Source: the human T2T-CHM13v2.0 reference genome, Homo sapiens
Strand: one strand, 5' to 3'
DNA length: 64,000 nucleotides
Assembly: GCF_009914755.1 (NCBI RefSeq)
Contig: NC_060936.1
Shown here one piece after another: positions 45,615-62,311 of this stretch; the first letter of the stretch is position 1; each line of letters begins with the position of its first letter. The notes under the pieces are model-generated. The model was not told the origin of the DNA. It was given only the letters and a program-made list of their open reading frames with translations, and ran no database searches. Position numbers and translations under genes: made by a program.

Positions 45615-46424
45615 GAGTGCCCTTATTTTAAACAGAAAAATATTAAACATTTTTTAAAATGTCAAAGTCATGGTTAAGAATATTTGTTGCTGTTCCAGGC
45701 TGTAATTCGATGACTGGGGAGACTGACTGTGTAAATCTCTATGAAAGCACATCATATCGCTTAGAGTCTTGTGCCTTTGTGTTCTTCCATCTGAATTTAT
45801 AATTGTTCCTTATCCTTTATCACTGTCAACCTGTCAGTTACTCCTTTCACTTTCCACTGTGCCTCCATCTAATATCTTTCCTCAAATTGCCTTCCAGTTT
45901 CCCATCCCTTATTTTTTAAGAGTTGGGAAATCAGTTGAAAAACTGGATTAGTTACACATAAGAGAAGAATAAATAGTCTCTGAAAAAGCACCAGTGCACT
46001 TTCTTATAAGTTCAATACAGTGACTTTAGTGCTTGGATTGAACAGCATCATTTTCAGCTGCTTGAAAACTTTTATTGACAAATTCCTACCATTGGATTGC
46101 ACTTCAGAAGATTAGGTGAATTTTACCTAAGAAAAGTACTGTCATATGGACAGAATGCCCTGTACACAGAAGATGAGCCTGGCTGCTAAACACTATGAGA
46201 ATTCTAGGTTAGAAAGCTGAACTATACAAATACACACTATAGTGTAACTTTAGATTATTTAAATACCTAAAAATAAGGAGAGGTTAAATAAATTATGGCA
46301 CATCCTCAAAATGGATATCCACATACCCATTTTTGGATATCTATAGCATAAAACAATTTACAAAGCATTAGTTATAACATGAGAAACTATTTTTTTACCA
46401 AATGAAGTTTAAAAACAGGATTTT

Positions 46425-47256
<832 letters not shown>

Positions 47257-47537
47257 CTAACCTTCTCTGAACACCTGCTACATGTAGAGCATTTTTGTTG
47301 TAAGTCCAACAAACATATGCATACTCAATTGCTTATGGTTTGCAGTTATAAACTTCTAAGATGGCTTGTTCACCCTGACACCATGGGAGTCAAAGGCAGG
47401 TCCACTAGGTCTAAGGCCAAAGAGGTGAGGAAAGCTGTCACAGGGAAAAAAATGGAATGAACAGGAGTAAGTTGTTCCCATAAATCTTCTGTCCTTGAAT
47501 TAATTTTATTCCCTATCCTATCCCATGCCATTCTCTA

Positions 47538-47930
<393 letters not shown>

Positions 47931-48629
47931 TCAACCTTAACAACACAAAAAGAGAAACAGCTGGCCATTATATGCCTCCTGACCTGTTGCAATCAGAAGT
48001 ACCGCCTCTGAAGTGCTCTTGTCAAAAATCAAATCTGAATCTGATCTCCACTTTTGTGAGTTTGAAACTGTCTGAAAAAAAAAAACTTAAGGATATTGGT
48101 CAGTTGATAGTAACTATGAGAGGACTCAAAGCAAACCTGCCAGCAACAATACCTGACCTTTGCAGAACTGACAGCAGGAAACAGCTGCCCCCACCATGGG
48201 GTGCCTGACATACAGTAAGTGTTTAATGAATATCTTTTGAATACATGGTAGGTACCTAACTAATGGAAGAAGCAGTATTCAAACTTAGATACATCTCATT
48301 GCACAGCTCACACTATTTCCATCATAGTATATTGCCTTCTGTGTAAGACTATACAGAATCATTTTTAAATGGCTAAGAAAGAGCACTTCCCGTGTAAACA
48401 CGGCTAGTAAGCCCAGCAACCTATGATTTCTCCCTTTATATGAGAACAATTTCAATTTCAAAATGTATGCATTGTGAAGGATGAGAAAAGACAGAAAACA
48501 GGATCTTCAAGGGCTTTACAGTTACTTAACACAGATAGTACATGAAAATAACATATATATGAAAACATCGTATGTGTATGGAACATTTTATTAGTACAGC
48601 TCATCCATTTTTTGTTGAGTTCTACTGAC

Positions 48630-49094
48630 TTTTTAAAATTTATTTTACTTGAAGTTCTGGGATACATGTGCAGAACATGCACGTTTGTTACATAGGTATA
48701 CATGTGCCATGGTGGTTTGCTGCACCTATCGACCCGTCATTTAGGGTTTAAGTCCTGCATGCATTAGGTATTTGTCCTAATGCTCTCCCTCCCCTTGCCC
48801 CCCACCCCCACCCCCCACCAACAGGCCCTGGTGCGTGATGTTCCCCTCTCTGTGTCCACGTGTTCTCATTGTTCAACTCCCACTTATGAGTGAGAACATA
48901 CGGTGTTTGGTTTTCTGTTCTTGTGTTAGTTTGCTGAGAACGATGGCTTCCAGCTTCATCCACGTCCCTGCAAAGGACATGAACGCATCCTTTTTTATGG
49001 CTGCATAGTATTCCATGGTGTGTGTGTGACACATTTTCTTTATCCAGTCTATCATTGATGGGTATTTGGGTTAGTTACAAGTCTTTGCTACTGT
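48630..49094 (-). mobile_element. L1PA 3' end fragment
   Basis: aagttctgggatacatgtgcagaac...cccacttatgagtgagaaca. Confidence 0.92.
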
Positions 49095-49284
49095 AACATC
49101 ATCTGAAATGTGTTACTTTAATTTTATGAATGTTAGGTGTTATGTCTCTTTTCCTTTTTTGCCCCACACATCACTTAAACAGATTATTTGAAAATGCTAA
49201 AATAAGTAAAATGTGTGGCATGCTTTCTTAGATGCTTTGTCTCCTGTACCAAAATAATTTACAAATACAAAAGTTGGAAATAAT

Positions 49285-49290
49285 TTTATT
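49285..49290 (-). terminator. Poly(A) signal AATAAA (distal)
   Basis: tttatt on the + strand. On the minus strand it is followed by a U/GU-rich stretch (TTTTGTATTTGT). A further AATAAA lies at 49335-49340. Confidence 0.65.
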
Positions 49291-49598
49291 AGTTTTTTAA
49301 TGCATAAATCCAAACATATATTTGTACTGAATATTTTATTAGCTAATACAGTACCATTTTAAAAGTTCTACCAACTTATTTAAAATATTTCCTGTAAAAA
49401 CATCATCCAAAATATACTTTGTTAATTTTTATGAATGTTAGGTGTTATGTCTCTTTTCTTTGACGCTCTCCTTTTTTATCCTGTGCTTACACCAAAAACA
49501 AATTATTTGAAAATGCTAAAATAAAATGTGGCATGTTTTCTTAGCTGTTTTGTATTCTGTTATAAAATATTTTACAACTATGAAAGTTGAAAAATAAC

Positions 49599-49604
49599 TT
49601 TATT
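49599..49604 (-). terminator. Poly(A) signal AATAAA (paralogous proximal copy)
   Basis: tttatt at the equivalent position of the duplicated unit. Confidence 0.5.
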
Positions 49605-50868
49605 GGTTTTGCTGCATATAGCTGCCTGTCTACTATAAGAGAACTAATCCATAAAATTAAGGCATTTTGTTATTTCAAGTGTAGAGGGGCGAGAACATAA
49701 GGGAATTATAAAAACCCCAAGATGACTCATTTAAAGTAGATGCACATTAAAATACTACAGATCTGGCATATTTCATATTTATAAAGCAGACAAAAAGAAT
49801 GTTTATCTTTGCATTTGGCAAGAGTATCTTCAAGATAACTACCACTTTTCAAAGCACTATTGTTGGGTAGGTTTTATTAGGGGAGAGGACTTAGAAAACA
49901 TGACTTTCCTCACCCAAAACCAAAAATAAATGAGGGCTTAAAAATATATTATTTAAGAAGATAGTGGCCAGAAATAAAGACCATGACCAACAAGCTTTGG
50001 GGCCATCAAGATGAAAAGACCTTTCCTTTATTCAAGATCTAGGATCTGAAAATCTCACTTCATAAATTTAACTGGATTTTCTTTTCTGATTATGTTTAAC
50101 CCCAAAACTTGGTTGTATACCATAGCAGTTTCTATTTTACCTGGATGTTAAAAGAAAAACCACTGGAATCTAAAGAGAGATGAATAACCTCTTGAGCTTA
50201 GATGGAGAACTAACCAGTGGCAAATATGTATCTAGTGGGGTAAACACATCTCAAGAGATTCAAAACATTACAAAACAAAGTGTTTTTAAAAACACTTCAA
50301 CTTGAAATTATTAAAAAAAAGTATTAAAAGGTATTAGAGATCTTCCTTAAGGGCTGGTAAAATAAAAACACCTTAAAAGACACACTGTTACAATTTCCTC
50401 ACAGAGGTAAAGAGGCTGTGACCAGTATCAGCATTTTAAGGATGTCATTTCAGAGCTTGCATTCTTCTGCCTTAAGTGGTTCAAAGAGTTTGAGGAGGTA
50501 CCCTCTGGTACTAGAGAAAATCTGAAGCAATTCACCTAGTTGGATGAAAAAGGACTTACATACCCCTGATTTATTAAAATTCATTGTTCTTTTATATACA
50601 TTTCTCTTTAAAATTCTGAAATGAACATTTGTTTATGCAGTATGACATGAATGATTTAATAACTTATATGACAAGCTTAATAAGGCTGACATTCAATGAA
50701 CAGAAAAGTAATTTACCTTTTAGTAATCAGAAAAATTTCCAATCCATTTTTATCTTATTTTTAAGTGTCTGTTATTAAAGCTTGTGATTTTTATTAATGT
50801 GAATAAGCCAAAGGGTGATTGTTTTTGACACACGGCATTGTGCCATAGTAAAATGGGTAGTATCCTTC

Positions 50869-51019
50869 TCAGTTAACCTTCAATACTCTGTACACACTAT
50901 TCTGAAATACTGTGGTGAAGTAAGGCCTGGCGTCTTCGAGCAGGACGCTACATAAGGGAGGGTTAGCTGCATTGGAAGGGTCTTCCACATCCCAGATTTC
51001 AAGCATACTGCAACCAGGC
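50869..51019 (-). CDS. DPY19L2: DPY19L2 terminal exon (exon 22), coding part: C-terminus of the probable C-mannosyltransferase DPY19L2
   Basis: ctgtcttttttcag|G CCT GGT TGC...AAG GTT AAC TGA. Translates (K)PGCSMLEIWDVEDPSNAANPPLCSVLLEDARPYFTTVFQNSVYRVLKVN*, which I recognise as the DPY19L2 C-terminus. The chr7 pseudogene paralogues are not formally excluded without alignment. Confidence 0.95.
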
Positions 51020-51614
51020 CTGAAAAAAGACAGACATATATATCCATATTAGAAATGTATTGCTGTCTAGAGACAATAGATACATAACATCTAGATTTTC
51101 AGAGACAAATTTATTTCATAAGTTAAATATTTTAAAGCGTCATTTCAAAAAACAATTTCAATGTTTAGAAATTTAAAAAATAGAATGAAATTAAGCATGT
51201 TGCATTTTCACATCTCATTTAACCAAGGGAAAGACATATCCTAATAATAAAGCTTCAATATACATTCATAAATATATATGTAAAAGCACACTTTCAAGAT
51301 GAAACAAACATAAATATACTTTCCAAGTGCCATCACCATCTAAACATAAGGCCCATTTGTAGTAAAATAAGACAAATTAAAACCTAATCGAATTCCTGAT
51401 GAATTTCACATTTTTTAGCGTAAACTGCCTTGGATTAGCATGAAATGATCCAAGGCAGGGACAGGAGACTCTTACAGCAATTTGTTTTCTTCAATGCTTT
51501 CCCATTTTGGGTGGCTCTATGACTGGGCTAAATGAGACACTATTCCTCCCTAGAGAGTAATCCTGCATGGCAGTCATTAAAGGGAAGGAGTCAGACAAAA
51601 TTGATTCCTAATTT

Positions 51615-55560
<3,946 letters not shown>

Positions 55561-55570
55561 TGTTTAGAGC

Positions 55571-56025
55571 TATATTCGTTTCCTATTGCTGCTATAACAA
55601 ATTACCACAAACAGTTGCTTAAAGCAACATATATTTATTCTCTTTCAAAGTTTGGAGCTCGTAAGTCTAAAATCACAGTATTGGCAGGACTCCAATCCTT
55701 CAGGAGGCTCTAGAAGAAAATCCACTTCCTTGCTTTTTCCAGCCCTAGAAGCTGGCCTCCTTCCTTGGCTTGTGGCCTTATATCACTCCAACTTCTGCTT
55801 CTACCATCACATCGCCTTTTTGATCTCTTACTCGTTTGCCTCCTCCTTATAAAGACTTTGTGATTACATTTGTCCTACCTGGATAATAAGGATAATCTCC
55901 ACATCTCATGAGCATTAATTTAATCACATTTGCAAATTTCCTTTTTCCATGTGAGTAACGTAATTCACAATTTCTGGGAATTAGGACATGGCCATCGTGG
56001 GGGGCTCATTATTCAGCCTACCACA
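55571..56025 (-). mobile_element. MLT1C/D-type LTR
   Basis: tttcctattgctgctataacaaattaccacaaac...attcagcctaccaca. Confidence 0.85.
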
Positions 56026-56029
56026 AGTC

Positions 56030-58990
56030 CATTTACACTTAATGTGATAATTGATATGGTTAGATTTAAGTCTGTCATCTCAGTGTTTTCTTTGTTCCAT
56101 CTGATCTTCATCTCCCTTTTCCACTTCTTCTGCCTTATTTTGGATTGAGTGATTTTTATAATTCCATGTTAATCTTGTTTGTTGCCTTTTGGGTTCTGTC
56201 AATTTTTGCTTCATATATTTTGAAATTCTCTTTTAAGTTCATATGCACTCAAATTATTGTATCTTTCTCCTGTACTGAACTATTTTGCATTATAAAACAT
56301 AGTCATTTCTAGTAATATTCTTTGTCTTAACATCTATCTTCTCTGATATTCATACATTTTTCACTTCAGCTTTTCTAATGTTTACTCACATGATATCTTT
56401 TCCATTCTTTTTCCTTCAGCCAATATACATATCTGTATTTAAAATGCACCTCTTGCAGGCAGTCCATAGATAGGTTTTGCTCTTGTATTCAGTTTGCCAA
56501 TCTCCACCTTTTGTTTGGAAGAATTTAGTCCTCTTTCACTTTGAAATTACTGATATGGTTTGATATAGGCTTGCTATAGTGCTCTTTTGTTTTTTAAAAA
56601 AAACTTTTTATTTCAAGACATTTGGAGATCCACATTAAGTGAGAGATAATACAAGTAGCTCTTGTACAGTCTTTAGACAGTGTCCTCCACCATGGTAACA
56701 TTTTGAACATTTGTATAATATCACAGCCAGATAATTCACATTGACAGAATGGTGAAAGAGAGCATTTCCATCACCACAGAGATCCCTTGTATAGCCACAC
56801 ATACTATACTCCCCCCACATTCCCACCCCACCCTAACCCCTCGCAACCACAAATCATCCATATCTATAATTTTGTCATTTGAAGACAGTTATACAAATGG
56901 AATCATACAGTATGTAACCTTTGGGGATTGTCTTTTCTTCATTCAAACAATTCTCTGGAGATTCATCCAGGATCTTGAGTGTATCAATAGTTTGATCCTA
57001 TTGCTGAGCAGTATTCCATGGTATGAATAGATCACTATTATTTAATCATTCACCTTGCGAAAAACATCTGGGTTGTTTCAGGTTTAGGCTATTACAAATA
57101 AAGCTGCTATAGACATTTTTCTACAGAATTTTGTATGAACACAACTTTCCACCTTTCTGGGAAAAAATGCCCAATACAATTGCTGGGTCTTAGGTTAGTT
57201 ATATGTTTAGGGTTTTTCCCCTTTTACTTTTACTTGACAAGTAATACTTGTACATATTTATGGAGTATAGAGTGATATTTCAATGCATAATTACAATGTG
57301 TAATGATCAAATCAGGGTAATTAGGCTATCCATCACCACAAACGTTTACCATCTGTTTGTGCTGGGAACATTCAAAATCCTCTGTTCTGGCTTTCTTGAC
57401 ATATAACGATAAATTACTGTTAACTAATATTCACTCTACAGTGCCAGAGAGCACTATAATTTATTCCTTCTATTTATCTGTAGTTTTGTATCTCTTAACC
57501 AACCTCTCCTTATCTTCTTCTCCTCCCTACCCTTCCCACTCAGCCTCTAATTACCACAATTCTACTCTACTTCTATGAGCTACTTCTTTGAGCTTCCACA
57601 TGAGTGACAACATGGACTATTCATCTTTCTGTGGCTGACTTATTTCACTTAATGTATCCAGGCTTATCCATATCTAGGCTTGCCATTATGCTCTTTTTTT
57701 CCCCACTGTTTTATTTATTTTTTGAGTGGTTTTGATAGGGATGACAACAAGCATCTTTAACATATCATGATTTACTTACCATTTAAATTGGGTTATTTCT
57801 AGTAAATCGTACATTTCCACAGTTTACTCAATTTTTGTGCTACATGTATATTTAATTTCTGTCATAAACTAAAAAATATAATGGTATCACCTTTGCCTTA
57901 AATAATGTCTTTTAAAGATTTTCAGAGAAGAAAAACGTATAGTGATTAATATCTGCATATTTACCATTTCCAGCGCATTTGAGTATTTCTTGTATATCTG
58001 AGTTACCATCTGGCATCATTTCTCAGCAGCTGATAGAACTTCTTGTCCATCTTGAAGTATAAACCTGTTACCAACAAATTATCTTAGATTTTGTTGATCT
58101 GGAAAATGTATTTTTGGCCTCCATTTTAAAAAGATAGTTTCATTAAATAGAGAATTGTTGATTTTTCTTCTTCAGCACTTTGAATAATCATTCCAGTGTC
58201 TGATAATTTCCACTATTTATGTTGGGAAGTCAGATGTTTATATAGCACATCATTTTTTTCTCTTATTTTCAAGATTTTCTCTTAATCTTTGATTTTACCG
58301 TTGTGACTATAATGTTCCTTGCTTTGGTTTTCTTTGGGCTTCACTCAGTTGGATTTGTTGAGCTTAGCGGATCTCTAAGTTAGTAGCTTTTATCAAACTT
58401 GAGAAATTTTTGGCCAACATTTCTTCAATATTTTTTCGGTAATGTTCTTTTTTTCATTACATCTAATACTAAAATTATGCATGTGTTGAACTACTTAATG
58501 TTACATAGGTCTGTGACTTTGGTTATTTTTCAATCTTTTTGGCTCCTGTTCTTTTGATTAACTATTCTCTCTTGATCTATCTTCAAATTCACTGCATTTT
58601 CTGTTCAAATGTTCTGTTTTCATCTCAAAATTGTTGTTGAGTACATTTAAATGATTTTCATTTCATTTATTATACTTTTCAGCTCTAGAATTTCCGTGGG
58701 GGCTGGAGTGTTTCTATTTCTCTGCTGAGATTCCATAGCTCTTCACTCATGGATACCATGTTTTCTTTTAATTCATTGAATACATTTTTCTTAAGCCTTT
58801 GAATGTATTTGTAATAGTGGCTTTGCAGTCTTTGGCTGCTAAATCCAACATCTGGACCTACTTGAATCGGTTTCTATTAACTTATTTTTTTCAGAGTATT
58901 GGTCATACTTTCTCATTTTAGTTTGCATCTCTGAAACTTTTTGCACATTGTAAATGATATACTGAAGTGACTGTAGAACCTGTTTTGTTC
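56030..58990 (-). mobile_element. Further nested L1M fragments (3' ends at about 56590 and 57220)
   Basis: T-rich antisense L1 sequence; acaaatggaatcatacagtatgtaacc; tgtaatgatcaaatcagggtaatt. Confidence 0.7.
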
Positions 58991-59588
58991 TTCTGATTGC
59001 CAATGTGTCATTCTAGGAGACAATTAATGTGCCTGAATTTCCTGTCATGTGCAGCAGCTAATATCTGTGCTTAGGAGCCTAAACAAAGGCCTCATAAGAT
59101 CAATTACACACCTTAGAATTTTATGATTTTTAGAGATTCGAAATTCAGAAATTAAAAAATTTTAATTAGGAATGTTTTCCTTATGTCATTTTGGGTTTTG
59201 TCACTTTTCTTTTAAGTCTTACAAATCCAATATAATTCAGCTATAATACAGAATGCCAATATCTCACTTTGTTGTAAATTCAAATCCATATTTCAGATAT
59301 CTAATAAAAATTTTCATAAATATTTCAAAAATTATGAAAAAAGCTAAGTGGAAGATGTTAAATTGAAAAATCAGGATATTAAATATACTATAATGTTTGG
59401 AATTAAATTCTACTTCATTGATAGTATAGTTTTATGTCTCTAGATGAAATAATTTAAACTAAGGTACCAGGATAATATTTTAATAAATTTAAAATAAAAA
59501 TTCTTAAAGAATCAGGACTACTATAATAAAGTGAAACATTTGTTGCTCAAAAATATACCATATCAGATAGCATAGGGTTAATACTCAC

Positions 59589-59714
59589 TTAGTTCTCACA
59601 ACACACCATGCCTCTTCTAAAACATAATAATTCACATGTAACTCCAACAATTTATCTCTTACTTCTTTGGCAGATTTTCGACTATATGTAGAATAAACTA
59701 TTTTTGTCCGAGCC
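59589..59714 (-). CDS. DPY19L2: DPY19L2 penultimate exon (exon 21), 126 nt
   Basis: tttaaag|G GCT CGG ACA...AGA ACT AA|gtgagt. Translates (R)ARTKIVYSTYSRKSAKEVRDKLLELHVNYYVLEEAWCVVRT(K). Open, phase 2-2. Confidence 0.96.
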
Positions 59715-60761
59715 CTTTAAATTTAAACAATAATTTAAAAGATTTTAAAATAAATGATAATAGAATAGACTAAAAAAATCTTACTAGCAAATTGAAATCT
59801 CAATACTCACTGGATGGAACACCGATATACATGACTCAAAACAGCATCAATTATTTTGGGGATGGCAGTTTCCACATTCCTACTTATATTTTGAATGTAA
59901 TAAAACTTACAGCAATTTAATTTTGCATATACTGCTCATTACTGTATAAGATAGTCTAAAGTTGTACTGGGTAGCAGAGAGCAGCTTAGGATATACAATT
60001 TTCTTCTCATAATTCACAGTTTTCAGAGAATATATTCTGACAGAGACTGAATGTAGTGAAAAACACATCTTTCAATGCTTAATTTCATCTAAAGAAGCTC
60101 TGACAAATACATGAATTGAAATTTAGTGTATCAAGTAGAACACTTAGACAATGGGCATCCAGGGTGTCAGAAGAGGTAGGAAAAGCACCTTCGCAGAATC
60201 TTGAGAAATGGGGATGGTCACCAAAATATGGTACAATAGGTGATTTGACTGTAGTGGGAGTTCTTACAAAATCCTAACAAACTATCACTTATGCATTGGA
60301 TGTTGCTTAGAATTTCAAGCATATGGGATGCTCAGTCACCACAGTGGTTTCCACGCCAGTTCACCGCAGTAGAACAGAGAGAGCATCAGGTACATTTCTA
60401 AGGTGTCTGACTCCAAGCCCTGGCTCCTAGACAGCAGACCTAAAACTTTTAAATAATTTAAACATTTGCCTCTAACAATAGGCCAAAAATCCACTTTTAA
60501 AAACGATTACCCTGACAACTACTAGAATAACCAAAATAATTTTTTAAACCAGCCATTTAGGGAAAGCAAAACTTTTAGACATCAATGGAAACTAGAGTTC
60601 TCATAATCGACTAGTAAAAATACTCTAAATTTTCATGAAAGCACGTAATATATAATAGCAACTTTCATGTACTTTTTCTACCTGTCACAAAAAGCTAGTC
60701 ATTGGCCACCAGTAAGATCTAGAAATCATTTCTTAAATCAGAGTGGGGCTTGTGGTGTAGA

Positions 60762-60870
60762 GCAGGGGTTGGCAAACCATGGCTGTGAGTAAAATCCATC
60801 CTACCTACTCTTCCAACTACCTAGTAGTTTTACTGGAATACACACACACATCATAAATATGTGACACAGT
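60762..60870. mobile_element. MER58-like hAT fragment
   Basis: caggggttggcaaac...gttttactggaatac. Confidence 0.6.
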
Positions 60871-61008
60871 TGTCACTTTGGGAAAAACTGGCTTTTGCAT
60901 TTTTCAGTTTTTCAGAGGTCTGCTTGCTCCAGAGGCAACAGGTACGTATTGTCATTTCTGGATGGTTATTGTCATTTTTTTTTAACTTCCAGTATGAAAA
61001 TGAGGATG

Positions 61009-61012
<4 letters not shown>

Positions 61013-61047
<35 letters not shown>
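61013..61047. repeat. (TG)n microsatellite about 70 nt into the intron after exon 20
   Basis: Seen directly. Confidence 0.95.
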
Positions 61048-61052
<5 letters not shown>

Positions 61053-61118
61053 TTTCCCAATTCCTAAGAATTGGGAGTTGCCAAGTGAGTCTTGAAGAAA
61101 TACTCATCAGCTGCCAAC

Positions 61119-61218
61119 CTCAAGTCTGCATCTTCGTAATGTGGATGATTCACAATGGGATGAAGTGTAGACAGCTTGATGCTTGCCATTGTAGGCATGG
61201 CACCTGCAAAGACAGCAT
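61119..61218 (-). CDS. DPY19L2: DPY19L2 third-last coding exon (exon 20 of 22 by usual numbering), 100 nt
   Basis: Reverse complement: (T)n-cag|AT GCT GTC TTT GCA GGT...GAC TTG AG|gttggc. Translates (D)[32 protein letters not shown](R), including the DPY19-family NHPHYED motif. Phase matches the next exon. Confidence 0.95.
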
Positions 61219-61524
61219 CTGAAAAAAAAAAAAGGATATATTCTTCAATTAAATGTTTTAAAGAAAATCAGAAGTTAAACTTACCTCTAATATGTGAACC
61301 CAAATTAAGAAGGATGATGCCTATTTACATGACCATGGACCTCATTCTTTTATTGACTCAATAGTTATTCATTATCTACTACAATAATAGCTGACTTTTG
61401 TTAAATACTATCTTGGGGCTAGAAATTGTGCTCCATATTTTAACAAGAAATAACCTAATCTTCACAGTTCTAAGGGGTAGGTCCTCTGTTCTTACTTTGT
61501 AGAATCTACAAACTGAGCATGTGA

Positions 61525-61672
61525 GGGGTCTGGGTTGTGCACTCAGAATCTAATGCCTGATGGTCTGAGGTGGAACAATGTCATCCAGAAACCACCCCCT
61601 ACCCCCAATTCTGTGGAAAAAATGGTCTTCCACGAAACTAGTCCCTGGTGCCAAAAAGGTTGCAGACTGCTG
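61525..61672 (+). mobile_element. MER1B fragment inserted in a MIR
   Basis: gaatctaatgcctgat...gtcttccacgaaactagtccctggtgccaaaaaggttg. Confidence 0.85.
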
Positions 61673-62311
61673 TTGTAGATGATGAAGAGACACAGCCAAG
61701 TTAAGTGACTTGCCCAAGACTGTACAGCTAGGAAGTTCCAGAGCCTGCCCTCTTAGCTGCTTCACTCAAGCTTCCTGCTATGCTAGAGTACCATGCTAAC
61801 AGCAGGACTACAGACACACATGAAACAAAAAGAATGTAAAATGTCACATCTGTTCCAATAATGTGAAATGCCAGGAGCTGAGAGACTGCTATGAAGGGCA
61901 AGTCTCATGGGACATTTTTTCCAATGACTTTTGTGGCTGGTGAACTGTGGTCCTGCGGATGTGCCATAAAAAAGGAAAGCATTGTTTTCTTCCCGCAGAT
62001 CATCTTTAAGTTCTCAGAGTTACCATTTGACTTGACACCATTTATACATGCCATGAAATCATTTCATTACTTGCTGCTAGTACTTTTTGGAGTAATAACA
62101 TGTATAAATTTGGTCATAACTAGAGATACATCAAAATCTATCTGGCTTCCATTTCATCTCTTGAAATACCAGAAGACCAAATGCTTACTTCCTGGTACTT
62201 TTGTATAAAAAACAATTACAAAATTGTGAAGGTTACTATCATTTTTCATCAGCACCATAAAATCAGTAATAAAGATAAGACATTATTCAGATCTACTATA
62301 AAAAACTACAT

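Larger units (their letters stand above)
49265..50868 (-). other. DPY19L2: DPY19L2 3' UTR (distal end approximate)
   Basis: AT-rich sequence without recognisable interspersed repeats following the stop codon, ending in a cluster of minus-strand AATAAA signals. Confidence 0.7.
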
